From: a virus
Lineage: Duplodnaviria; Caudoviricetes
Virus record (IMG/VR): IMGVR_UViG_3300027683_000007
Location: 1 to 47,457 of that record
Reading direction: 5' to 3' (one strand)
Length of the DNA: 47,457 nt
A program made the translations under genes and the position numbers. The notes under the pieces are model-generated. The model did not search any database and had not been told where the DNA came from. It saw nothing but the letters and a program-made list of their open reading frames with translations. Shown here piece after piece: positions 8,183 through 17,089 of the stretch (position 1 is its first letter; the number at the start of each line of letters is the position of its first letter).

Positions 8183-8363
8183 GTCTAATCTATTATCTTG
8201 CGGTAACTGCAGAAAGACTACCACTAAAGATAGTGAAGAAGTTGATGAATGGATACTTATAATAATATCAAGTGTGAAGACTAAGATAATCTCTGATCAG
8301 GTATATCTATGTAATCTATGTAAAACTTTAACATTAGATATAACCACCCACTGGACACAATAA
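8175..8363 (+). CDS. Small Zn-finger protein
   Basis: CGNC...CNLC; GAGGT RBS. Confidence 0.55.
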   Translation: MTKSNLLSCGNCRKTTTKDSEEVDEWILIIISSVKTKIISDQVYLCNLCKTLTLDITTHWTQ

Positions 8364-8392
8364 AGAAGTAGAGCTTGAAAAGGAGAAATAAA

Positions 8393-9211
8393 ATGCCCTA
8401 CGATGCAAAAACAGAACTCGAACGAGTTCGAAACTATTACAAGTCAGACAGCTTACAAAAGCGATTCTCTGCACTTGTAACTGGTGAGAGTGGTAGTGGT
8501 AAGACTTTCTTACTATCTACTGCTCGCTTCCCTATTCACATCGACTCATTCGACCCTGGTGGAACTAAGTGTCTTCGCAAGTGGATCGAATCTGGAGACA
8601 TTATTGCCGACACTCAATGGGAACGCGAAGATCCATATGACCCTAAAGTGTTCGGAGAATGGATGAAAGCTGTAGACATTAGAATGAAGACTGGCTACTT
8701 CGATATGTTTGGAACTTACGCTCTAGACTCTGCATCTTCCTGGGGTGATGCAGTGATGAACTATCAACTCGGAAAAGCAGATCACGCAGGAGGAGCTCCT
8801 AAGTGGAATCGTGACTACACACCACAGAAGACATTCATGATTAACTATGTAAAAAAGCTCATGAATCTCAGCTGTGACTTCATCTTCCTTGGTCATCTTA
8901 AAATGTTGGAAGAAGTTGTTGGTCAGACAAAGGAAGGTAGTGATCTTAAAAAAGTCTCCTACCGTTTCTTTACCACTGGTCAGGCGATGGTTACTATTCC
9001 AATGCAGTTTGATGAACTATATGTTCTCAAAGGTGAAGAGACATCATCTGGGATTCGACGTGAGTTACTAATTGACTCTCAAGGTAAGTACATTGCTCGC
9101 TCACGTCTCAAGGCTGATGGAAAACTTAACGACAAAGAAGAACCTAACATTAAAAAGCTCCTTAAGAAACTGAATCTAAGTTTCGAGGACAAGCCTAAGT
9201 TGGAGAATTAA
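8393..9211 (+). CDS. AAA_24 / Sak4-like ATPase (recombination)
   Basis: Walker A GESGSGKT, YALDS Walker B, FLGH, FDE; sits between the exonuclease and SSB genes. Confidence 0.8.
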   Translation: MPYDAKTELERVRNYYKSDSLQKRFSALVTGESGSGKTFLLSTARFPIHIDSFDPGGTKCLRKWIESGDIIADTQWEREDPYDPKVFGEWMKAVDIRMKTGYFDMFGTYALDSASSWGDAVMNYQLGKADHAGGAPKWNRDYTPQKTFMINYVKKLMNLSCDFIFLGHLKMLEEVVGQTKEGSDLKKVSYRFFTTGQAMVTIPMQFDELYVLKGEETSSGIRRELLIDSQGKYIARSRLKADGKLNDKEEPNIKKLLKKLNLSFEDKPKLEN

Positions 9212-9213
9212 TT

Positions 9214-9513
9214 ATGATAAGATGTAATGACATTAGATGCCCTTTCCATAATGGGAGCTATGATCCAGAACATCTATTCTGCTCCGAGAATGAATGTCAG
9301 TTTGATGCAAAGTTTACTCCAACAGGTATTATTAAACTAATCTTTAAAGATCGTCCAGGAGGTGAATTACTAGACATTCAAGACAGCAAAGGTAGATCTA
9401 TAAGAGTAGGAGTTTGGAAATCTCGTGGTGATCTTAGTGGTAACTGGGTACTTGAAGTTCCTGTATTCCTACCTAAGGAACTGAAGGAGGTGATGATAGA
9501 GAAAAAAGAATAA
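9214..9513 (+). CDS. Hypothetical protein
   Basis: 99-aa ORF, Cys-rich N-terminus. Confidence 0.6.
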   Translation: MIRCNDIRCPFHNGSYDPEHLFCSENECQFDAKFTPTGIIKLIFKDRPGGELLDIQDSKGRSIRVGVWKSRGDLSGNWVLEVPVFLPKELKEVMIEKKE

Positions 9514-9521
9514 GAGGATAA

Positions 9522-9544
9522 GTCCATTAAATTTTTTAACTAAC
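9522..9544. repeat. 23-bp dispersed palindrome copy
   Basis: GTCCATTAAATTTTTTAACTAAC. Confidence 0.9.
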
Positions 9545-9584
9545 TCATTAACCACAACTAACTCTCAATGAAAGGATTACTCCC

Positions 9585-10001
9585 ATGACTATGTCAGACT
9601 ACTCCGACCTCGAAAGTGAAATTGGATCTGCTCCAGAGCCCAGAATCCTCAATCCTAATACCGAAGTCAAGGCTCGTATCGTCTCAGTCCGCTCTGGCAT
9701 CAGTGACAAGAACGACTGTACCTGGTATCAGCCTGTCTTTGATGTTCCTGAAGATCCGATGGTCACTGAGTTCAACGACTTCTTCTGGGAACTGGATCGG
9801 TCCAAACTCACACCCAAGCAGTTTCAGCGTGAACTGTTTAAGTTCAAGCAGTTTGCTGGTGCATTCAATATCGACTACAGCCGTCCCTTCTCATGGGAAG
9901 ATGATCTTCCAGGCAAAGAAGGCTGGGTTATCGTTGGAGTGAAGAAGTCCGAAGAGTACGGAGACCAGAACTCTGTAAAGAAGTATATCGCGAAGAAGTA
10001 A
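9585..10001 (+). CDS. DUF669-like single-stranded DNA-binding protein
   Basis: OB-like pattern ending DLPGKEGWVIVGVKKSEEYGDQNSVKKY; near the Sak4-like gene; high-expression codon bias. Confidence 0.65.
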   Translation: MTMSDYSDLESEIGSAPEPRILNPNTEVKARIVSVRSGISDKNDCTWYQPVFDVPEDPMVTEFNDFFWELDRSKLTPKQFQRELFKFKQFAGAFNIDYSRPFSWEDDLPGKEGWVIVGVKKSEEYGDQNSVKKYIAKK

Positions 10002-10060
10002 TCACTAAGGGGGGGGTGCGCATCCCTGCACAAACACGCACAGTATATGGAGGTGAAATC

Positions 10061-10381
10061 ATGAGTGAGAATAAAAAATCAGCATGGACTGACTGTGTAC
10101 CATGGGATGATAGGCCAAAGACAATTCCAGAAGGTCTACAAATCTTAGCCGACTGGTTTGATGCTGTTTATGATGAGGCAGGAACCGATGCTGCTGTCCA
10201 AAGCGACTTGAGGGATTGGGCAAAGAAATATATTGAACTTGATTCACGTGTCCGTGAGCTTGAAGCCAAGAATGAAATGCTAGACAAAGATTTGATGCTA
10301 TTGTTGAAACATGACCTTAAGACCGAGTGGGACAGACCTAGTCTACAGTTGAAGTTGGCTAGAAGAAAACTGCAAAGTTAA
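10061..10381 (+). CDS. Hypothetical protein
   Basis: GGAGGTGA before ATG 10061. Confidence 0.65.
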   Translation: MSENKKSAWTDCVPWDDRPKTIPEGLQILADWFDAVYDEAGTDAAVQSDLRDWAKKYIELDSRVRELEAKNEMLDKDLMLLLKHDLKTEWDRPSLQLKLARRKLQS

Positions 10382-10399
10382 TTAAAAAATTTAATTATC
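10377..10399. repeat. 23-bp dispersed palindrome copy
   Basis: GTTAATTAAAAAATTTAATTATC. Confidence 0.9.
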
Positions 10400-10424
10400 T
10401 GAATTGGTCTACTAGGAGATACTT

Positions 10425-10754
10425 ATGTCTTTCACAACAATAAGAAAAATAAGGGAAGTAAGGATTATAGAAGAAGAAAATAAAGAACTACGTGAAAAAG
10501 TAAATACTCTAAAATACGAGATAGAATGCTGGAAAAGTATGAAATCTGGCTTTGAGGAAAGGGCAACTGACTATGAACAGAAAATTAAGATACTTAAGGC
10601 TGAGAACACCGAACTGAAAGAAAAAATTGGTAATCTTGATTCTATGTACCAAGATAGAATGTTAGATCTTGAGGCAAGAATACATAAAAAATATAAGACT
10701 ATACTACTCTCAACAATACTTCAATGCCCAAACTGTGGCAATATACCTTGGTGA
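10425..10754 (+). CDS. Coiled-coil protein with C-terminal CxxC
   Basis: AGGAG RBS; heptads; CPNCG. Confidence 0.65.
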   Translation: MSFTTIRKIREVRIIEEENKELREKVNTLKYEIECWKSMKSGFEERATDYEQKIKILKAENTELKEKIGNLDSMYQDRMLDLEARIHKKYKTILLSTILQCPNCGNIPW

Positions 10755-10757
10755 ACT

Positions 10758-11048
10758 ATGCATAATATAGATGAACTTAGAAAAGTATTTAGATCATTCA
10801 AGGATCGAATGGAATCTACAGGTAGACTTAAATCATTAAACTTAGGATGTCCTGGTGTAGAGATTGATTTAATGTTTCAAGAAGGATTTAATCAAATTAA
10901 GTGCATAGATATCTGTGGAGTAGTATGGCCTGAGATTATACTCAGATCTAAAATGTCTTATATCTGTATCTGCCCATGTAGTTACTTTGGAGCTGAATTA
11001 GCTATTAAAAAACTAAATGATTTCATAGGGGAGGAATCTAATGATTAA
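10758..11048 (+). CDS. Hypothetical Cys-rich protein
   Basis: 96-aa ORF coupled to its neighbours. Confidence 0.6.
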   Translation: MHNIDELRKVFRSFKDRMESTGRLKSLNLGCPGVEIDLMFQEGFNQIKCIDICGVVWPEIILRSKMSYICICPCSYFGAELAIKKLNDFIGEESND

Positions 11049-12243
11049 AGTTCTTATTCTTGGAATTGACGGCTATATAGGCTGGCCACTGGCTAATCAC
11101 TTACTTAACCAGTCTAACAAATACAAAGTTGCAGGACTTGACAATGGCGTGAGAAGAAAGCGAGTGATGGAATGTGGATCTAAGTCACTAACTTTAATCC
11201 ACGATAGAATTTCAAGAGAAGAATATATCACTAGTCATGTAAACTTCTTCAACTCAATATATAACTGTAATATAAATGATACTTATCTTATTAGTAAATT
11301 TCTAAAAGATTTCCAACCTGATGCTATCATTCACCTCGCAGAACAACCTTCTGCGCCTTACTCGATGAAAGACTCTTACGCATCTATCATGACACAGAGT
11401 GAAAATATCCTAGGTACTCTATCACTTCTCTGGGCTATTCATAAGGAATGTCCAAATGCTCACCTTATCAAACTCGGAACTATGGGCGAGTATGGAACAC
11501 CTAACTGTGATATACCTGAAGGAAGGATTCCACCATCTCCATGTAACTATACTCAAGGTAATGGATACCTATCTGATCTTGGTACATGTCCTATGTCAGG
11601 TCTCTTGTTCCCTCGCACAGCTGGTTCCTTCTATCACCTATCAAAAGTCCATGACACTCACAATATCGAGTTTGCTTGTCGTAACTGGGGACTTCGCTCT
11701 ACTGACGTAATGCAAGGTGTAGTATATGGTCTATATCCATACTCACCTTCTAATCCAGCACTATTAACTCGCTTTGACTATGATCAGTACTTCGGCACAG
11801 TCATCAATAGATTCATAGCTCAGGCTCTTGTCAATATGCCACTTACAGTCTACGGACTTGGACAACAGGTTCGTGGATTCCTCACACTTGAAGATTCTAT
11901 CAAATGTCTGAATATAGCTATAGATAACCCTCCTAAACCTGGCAAGTATAGAACCTTTAACCAATTTGAGCATATTTACTCCATCAATAAACTTGCAAAT
12001 GCAGTTGTAGATGCAGCCGCTGAACTTGAAATTACTGCAACTATCCAACACATTGAAAATCCGAGAGAATCTATAGAATCACATAATCACTACTACAATC
12101 CAGATAATAGTAAATTACTTAACCTAGGCTATGTACCTAATACTAACATGCACGGTGAGTTAATTAAATTATTTAACTCACTCATACCTCGTAAAGACCA
12201 CATACTCACTAACGTAATTCTACCTACTACAAACTGGAGGTAA
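11041..12243 (+). CDS. sqdB: UDP-sulfoquinovose synthase (SqdB/SQD1/Agl3 family, extended SDR)
   Basis: GIDGYIGWP, HLAEQPSAPYSM, HLIKLGTMGEYGTPN, GSFYHLSKVHD, TDVMQGVVYG, RFDYDQYFGTVINRF, PLTVYGLGQQVRGFL. Confidence 0.9.
   Translation: MIKVLILGIDGYIGWPLANHLLNQSNKYKVAGLDNGVRRKRVMECGSKSLTLIHDRISREEYITSHVNFFNSIYNCNINDTYLISKFLKDFQPDAIIHLAEQPSAPYSMKDSYASIMTQSENILGTLSLLWAIHKECPNAHLIKLGTMGEYGTPNCDIPEGRIPPSPCNYTQGNGYLSDLGTCPMSGLLFPRTAGSFYHLSKVHDTHNIEFACRNWGLRSTDVMQGVVYGLYPYSPSNPALLTRFDYDQYFGTVINRFIAQALVNMPLTVYGLGQQVRGFLTLEDSIKCLNIAIDNPPKPGKYRTFNQFEHIYSINKLANAVVDAAAELEITATIQHIENPRESIESHNHYYNPDNSKLLNLGYVPNTNMHGELIKLFNSLIPRKDHILTNVILPTTNWR
12159..12181. repeat. 23-bp dispersed palindrome copy (inside sqdB)
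   Basis: GTTAATTAAATTATTTAACTCAC. Confidence 0.8.
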
Positions 12244-12246
12244 CTC

Positions 12247-12525
12247 ATGCCTGTAGAAACCAACTATGACAAGTACGCTCAGCACAATCCAAGATTCATT
12301 TTCGAGATCTCAGATGAACTCAGAGCTCGAGCTGATAAGTTTCTTGGAACCTATGGAATACGCAAAGCTATCATGACTCCTATCCTCGAAGATCTCCTCG
12401 ACATGATAGAATCTCATGGTCAAATGGTAGTTGGGTGTATTCTTGACAAGGCAGTTAAACCACGTGAAGTTATTAAATCAATGACTTATGCTGAAAGGAA
12501 GTGTGGTGATGGCGAACCTAAATGA
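12247..12525 (+). CDS. Hypothetical protein, possibly RHH-like
   Basis: GGAGGT RBS; PRFIFEISDELRARAD strand-helix pattern. Confidence 0.55.
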   Translation: MPVETNYDKYAQHNPRFIFEISDELRARADKFLGTYGIRKAIMTPILEDLLDMIESHGQMVVGCILDKAVKPREVIKSMTYAERKCGDGEPK

Positions 12526-12727
12526 CCTAGACATCAAATCTATCTTAAACATGGATAATGATGAAGGTATTGAGCACATCAGACAAATACGTCTATCTAG
12601 ACGTAACGCTGCTACAACCTCAACCTCAAAGTCTACAACTTCGAAAAAGAAAAAGGTTACAGTAGAAAATGTAACTTCATTACAGGCTTCTGAATTACTT
12701 AAACTCATTGAGGAGGGGCAGCTATGA
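12509..12727 (+). CDS. Hypothetical basic protein
   Basis: ORF overlapping both neighbours. Confidence 0.6.
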   Translation: MANLNDLDIKSILNMDNDEGIEHIRQIRLSRRNAATTSTSKSTTSKKKKVTVENVTSLQASELLKLIEEGQL

Positions 12728-14067
12728 TTAACGTAGGAGAAGTTGGAATGGTGCCTATATCATCTATTATAGTAGGTGATCGTGCTCGGAAGGAGATGGG
12801 AGATCTTGATGCTATCGAGTCATCCATGCAGTCACGTGGACTTATTTCTCCACTAGCTGTTAAACGTACTGGCGATGGTAAGTTTATTCTACTCGCTGGA
12901 GAGCGTAGATACTTAGTCTTAGAAAGAAACAAAGCTGAGACTATACCTGTCCGTATCTTTCCAGAGGAAATAAATCCACTCGAGATGAAGTCTATCGAAC
13001 TTGCAGAAAATTTCTATCGTAAGGACTTTGAGTATTGGGAAAGTGATAACTTACTCAAAGAGATTCATGAACTTAATCAATCTATCTATGGGAAGTCTGC
13101 GTCTGGTCCTGGACATCAAGGTTGGACACTTAAAGATACTGCAAGCCTTGCTGGTATCACAGATGCTTCTGTCTCCACTGCTATCAAGCGAGCTGAAGTT
13201 CGTGAGACATTTCCTGAGCTCTTCGATGGATGTAAGACTCAAAAAGATGCTCAGAAAATGGTAAAGAAGATGGATGAGATGTTGACAAAGGAAGTTATTG
13301 CCAAGCGACTTGAGCAAAATAGATCTGACAGTAAGATTAACCAACTCGCTAAATCCTTTATCATAGGTAGTTGTTTTGAAGGTATATCAAAACTACCTGA
13401 TAACATTTTCCACTTGGTAGAAATAGACCCTCCATATGCTATAGACCTTAATAGTTTGAAAAAGACTGATGGAGAATCTATCTATAACACAGATGAATAC
13501 AATGAGATTGACTACGAAATCTACATAGATGGTCATCCTAATCCTACCAATCCTTGGCGAGGTATTCGTAAGTTATTTCAAGAATGCTATCGAGTAATGA
13601 ACGAACACTCATGGCTTATCTGCTGGTTTGCACCTGAGCCGTGGTTTGAGATTATGTACAAGGAGTTAATCAATGCAGGATTCAGTACTACTAGAATGTG
13701 CGGTATCTGGAATAAAGGATTCGGGCAAGCCAAGCGACCGGAAATACACCTTGCGAATAGCTATGAGATGTTCTTCTACGCATGGAAAGGTCGTCCGGCA
13801 CTTAACAAACAAGGTCGCTCTAATGTCTACTCATACGCTCCTGTTCCTCCTCAACAGAAAATTCATCCGACTGAGCGTCCAATCGAGATGATGAAGGATC
13901 TATACGACACCTTTGCCTTCACTGGTTCAAGAATTCTAATTCCCTTTCTTGGTTCAGGAGTCGGCATCATATCTGCGAATCACCTAGGTATGAGTCCTGT
14001 AGGTTTTGAGCTGTCAAAGAGCTACAGAGATAGCTTCCTAGTCAGTGTCCACAATATGAAGATGTAA
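12724..14067 (+). CDS. ParB-like N-terminal domain fused to an N4/N6 amino-DNA methyltransferase (beta order)
   Basis: GLISPLAV, LLAGERR, ELAENFYR; then IDPPY, HPTERP, IPFLGSG. Confidence 0.88.
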   Translation: MINVGEVGMVPISSIIVGDRARKEMGDLDAIESSMQSRGLISPLAVKRTGDGKFILLAGERRYLVLERNKAETIPVRIFPEEINPLEMKSIELAENFYRKDFEYWESDNLLKEIHELNQSIYGKSASGPGHQGWTLKDTASLAGITDASVSTAIKRAEVRETFPELFDGCKTQKDAQKMVKKMDEMLTKEVIAKRLEQNRSDSKINQLAKSFIIGSCFEGISKLPDNIFHLVEIDPPYAIDLNSLKKTDGESIYNTDEYNEIDYEIYIDGHPNPTNPWRGIRKLFQECYRVMNEHSWLICWFAPEPWFEIMYKELINAGFSTTRMCGIWNKGFGQAKRPEIHLANSYEMFFYAWKGRPALNKQGRSNVYSYAPVPPQQKIHPTERPIEMMKDLYDTFAFTGSRILIPFLGSGVGIISANHLGMSPVGFELSKSYRDSFLVSVHNMKM

Positions 14068-14071
14068 CTTC

Positions 14072-14113
14072 TAACTTAGTAGAAAGTATAATAACGTACT
14101 TTCTACTAAGTTA
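14072..14113. repeat. Perfect 17-bp inverted repeat with 8-nt loop
   Basis: TAACTTAGTAGAAAGTA-taataacg-TACTTTCTACTAAGTTA. Confidence 0.9.
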
Positions 14114-14132
14114 ACTAAATAATTTAATAGGA
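14110..14132. repeat. Degenerate 23-bp palindrome copy
   Basis: GTTAACTAAATAATTTAATAGGA. Confidence 0.55.
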
Positions 14133-14138
14133 GGAGTT

Positions 14139-14378
14139 ATGATCTTAAGAGTAATCAGCTACGACAGTGAAAAAGGTGGCCATATCTGTGAAGATGTTGA
14201 GGGTTCTATATGGCCACATGCAGTTGATTTAAAGATAGATGGAAACCTAAAGGATGTACCAGACAGCGCACTGATAGGGAAACTTATTGAAGTTGATCGT
14301 CTACAACCCTATGTCTCAATTGGAGTTGGCTGTAGATGTGTAGGAGAACCAATCTGGAGCAAGGTAAAAGTTAATTAA
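14139..14378 (+). CDS. Hypothetical protein
   Basis: AGGAGGAG RBS. Confidence 0.65.
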   Translation: MILRVISYDSEKGGHICEDVEGSIWPHAVDLKIDGNLKDVPDSALIGKLIEVDRLQPYVSIGVGCRCVGEPIWSKVKVN

Positions 14379-14392
14379 AAAATTTAACTATC
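14370..14392. repeat. 23-bp dispersed palindrome copy
   Basis: GTTAATTAAAAAATTTAACTATC. Confidence 0.9.
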
Positions 14393-14409
14393 TCATTGGA
14401 GATAAGATA

Positions 14410-16953
14410 ATGACAAGATTATACGTACCACCTTCTGGAAACACAGATGCAACAATAGCTATTTGTGGTGAGCAGCCTGGGTTCCATGAACTTCGTATGC
14501 GTAAACCTTTCATCGGTCCTTCAGGTCATGGGCTAGACGAATGTCTAGGAATTGCAAAGATACTTCGTCACCAACTATACATTACTAATGTAGTCAAAGA
14601 TGGTGACAAGCCACTTAAGCACTTCATTGATATAGACGAAAGGGGTAAGTGGTCATGTTCCACAGAAGGTTGGAACTGTATTAAAGAACTTGGAGAAGAA
14701 CTAAAAGCATTGCCAAAGTTGAATATCGTAGTAGCTATGGGTAATGTAGCTTTACTAGCTCTATGCTCTAGAGTTGGTATAACCAAGTGGCGTGGATCAG
14801 TCCTAGAATCCACTCTTGTTTCAGGTCTAAAAATTCTACCTACTTTTCATCCAGCGACTTTTATTCCACCTAAGTTCAATTTCCTTAACAAACCACTAAT
14901 CGTTGAAGATCTGCTAAAAGCTAACACTGAATCTAAGTTTAAGGAAATTAGAAGAACTCCACGCAAAGTCATTACCAAACCTACATTTGCACAGTGCCTA
15001 GCATACCTCAATCACTGCTATGATATTGGTAAGAGAGGAGATGTCATAGATATCGATATCGAAGTTATAGGTAAAGAAGTTGACTGCTTCTCAATTTCAT
15101 TTAAACCTACTGAGTCAATGTCTATTCCTTTCAGAGACCATGCAGGAGACTACTTTGATGTTGATCAAGAATATTCCATAATGATGATGCTAGCTAAAAT
15201 CATAGAAGATAAAACTATCCGTAAAAGAGGTGCTAACTTCATCTTCGATACTCAATTTCTATTCCACAAGTATGGAATACGTCCTAGAGGTGATCTGCAC
15301 TGTACTCAGATCGCTCAAAAGATATCATTCCCAGACTTCCCTGCAGGTCTATCTTTCGTCACCTCAATGTGGACAGATATTCCTTACTATAAAGAAGATG
15401 GAAAGCAATGGATTAAACTCGGAGCTGGATCTTGGGAAGAGTGGTGGACTTACAATGGCATGGACTCGATATCCACAGGGTCTGCACATCCTAGGCAAAT
15501 CGCCGAACTAATCAAACAATCTAACTTAGATACCTACAATAGACAACGTAAACTTATTAAACCACTTATTTATATGGCTGAGCGTGGAATAAAGGTTAAC
15601 GTATCTGGTATGGTTGAGTGTAAAGATAAGGAACAAAAAGAACTTGATAATAAGGCTGAGGAGTTATATAGTGAAGTTGGATATGCAGTCAACTATAACT
15701 CTCCACAGCAGCTTATGCAATACTTCTATAAAGATCTTGGTATTAAGGCGTATAAAAAGAGGAATGTTAAAGGTAGTTATAATGAAACTATAGATGTCGA
15801 TGCACTTAAACGTATCTATAGAATGAATGGTAAAGGATCTGCTGCAGCCCGTATTCTTCTTGACATTCGCAGTTTATCTAAACGAATCTCAACCTATCTT
15901 AATATAGGTAAAGTAGACACCGACGGACGCTACAGATCATCTTACAAACCAGTAGGTGCTGAGACTGGAAGACTTAGTTCAGGTCAAACTATCTTCGGCA
16001 CTGGAGGTAACCAGCAGAATTGGCCTCATGATCTATTACGTTACTTTGTATTCGACGAGGGTTATATAGGCTACTCTTTCGACCTCAGTCAGATCGAGAA
16101 TAGAATAGTAGCCTACACTGGTGGAGTAATTGAACAGATTAAAGCTTTCGAGAATGGTATCGACTTACATAAACTAACTGCATCAATTATCCTAGGTAAA
16201 CCTTACGACCAGATATCATCCAAAGATGGTTCATGTCATCTTGGTGATGGCAAGCAGAGTGAACGATTCTGGGGTAAGAAAGGTAATCATGCTACTAACT
16301 ATGATGTAGGTTACAAAACCTTTGCATTGAAGAATGAGATGACGGAGACGGAAGCTAAAACTATAATCGAGCACATTCACAAAGGATATCCTCAGATCAG
16401 AGGAAGCTATCACATTATGATTAGAAACATGCTAAAGAAAAATAGAATGATTACTAATCTTATGGGACGGAACAGATTATTCATGGGCCCTATAATTCCA
16501 TCTCATCCTAATGTACCTACTAGTGCCTGTGAAGATACCTATCGTGAAGCCTATGCACACTTCCCTCAATCTACAACAGCCGATAAGATCAATGAACATG
16601 GACTAGAGTATATCTACTACAACCAATCTTTATTTCATCCTATCGAACTCCTAGCTCAGATCCATGATTCGGTAGTATTCCAAATTCCTTTATCAATACC
16701 TTGGATTGAACAAGCAGAGATGCTAATACGTATTAAAGACTCTTTGGAAACTCCACTTATGTGGAAAGATAATGTAATAAAAACTCCAGCTGATCTATCT
16801 ATTGGTCTTAATATGTGTAAAGAGCAGATGAAGGAAATTAAACATAAAGACTTTCCACTAACCGCACCTGAACTAGCGCATAAACTGGAGGTTATCTATG
16901 GACAAATTACAGCAGATGATAGGGGAATTGACAAGTGTAATAGCAAATTATAG
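14410..16953 (+). CDS. polA: Family A DNA polymerase with N-terminal uracil-DNA-glycosylase-like domain and 3'-5' exonuclease
   Basis: UDG: GEQPG, PFIGPSG, TFHPA; exo: DIE, NFIFD, YNGMD; pol: TGRLSS, DLSQIENR, KKGNHATNY, QIHDS. Confidence 0.93.
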   Translation: MTRLYVPPSGNTDATIAICGEQPGFHELRMRKPFIGPSGHGLDECLGIAKILRHQLYITNVVKDGDKPLKHFIDIDERGKWSCSTEGWNCIKELGEELKALPKLNIVVAMGNVALLALCSRVGITKWRGSVLESTLVSGLKILPTFHPATFIPPKFNFLNKPLIVEDLLKANTESKFKEIRRTPRKVITKPTFAQCLAYLNHCYDIGKRGDVIDIDIEVIGKEVDCFSISFKPTESMSIPFRDHAGDYFDVDQEYSIMMMLAKIIEDKTIRKRGANFIFDTQFLFHKYGIRPRGDLHCTQIAQKISFPDFPAGLSFVTSMWTDIPYYKEDGKQWIKLGAGSWEEWWTYNGMDSISTGSAHPRQIAELIKQSNLDTYNRQRKLIKPLIYMAERGIKVNVSGMVECKDKEQKELDNKAEELYSEVGYAVNYNSPQQLMQYFYKDLGIKAYKKRNVKGSYNETIDVDALKRIYRMNGKGSAAARILLDIRSLSKRISTYLNIGKVDTDGRYRSSYKPVGAETGRLSSGQTIFGTGGNQQNWPHDLLRYFVFDEGYIGYSFDLSQIENRIVAYTGGVIEQIKAFENGIDLHKLTASIILGKPYDQISSKDGSCHLGDGKQSERFWGKKGNHATNYDVGYKTFALKNEMTETEAKTIIEHIHKGYPQIRGSYHIMIRNMLKKNRMITNLMGRNRLFMGPIIPSHPNVPTSACEDTYREAYAHFPQSTTADKINEHGLEYIYYNQSLFHPIELLAQIHDSVVFQIPLSIPWIEQAEMLIRIKDSLETPLMWKDNVIKTPADLSIGLNMCKEQMKEIKHKDFPLTAPELAHKLEVIYGQITADDRGIDKCNSKL

Positions 16954-17086
16954 ATATAAGGAACTTGACACTGAAGGCATACTAAAGTATTCAGCGAATA
17001 GAGATGAAATATCTATATACATCCCTGCTTCTATGAAAGCAGGCTATACACATAGAATCATTCGAATCATCTATGAATGGGACTAG
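16898..17086 (+). CDS. Hypothetical protein
   Basis: GGAGGT RBS; fills the gap before the helicase. Confidence 0.55.
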   Translation: MDKLQQMIGELTSVIANYRYKELDTEGILKYSANRDEISIYIPASMKAGYTHRIIRIIYEWD

Positions 17087-17089
17087 CTC

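Noticed and set aside
10009-10026. G8 run followed by GGTGCGCAT, resembling an XerC arm or phase-variable tract
   Set aside because: No XerD arm follows; the run lies upstream of the likely start at 10061, so slippage would not shift a frame
11041-16953. sqdB plus UDG-PolA as proof of hypermodified DNA
   Set aside because: No thymidylate-synthase-like hydroxymethylase, TET/JBP enzyme or DNA glycosyltransferase was recognised nearby; kept only as an alternative hypothesis
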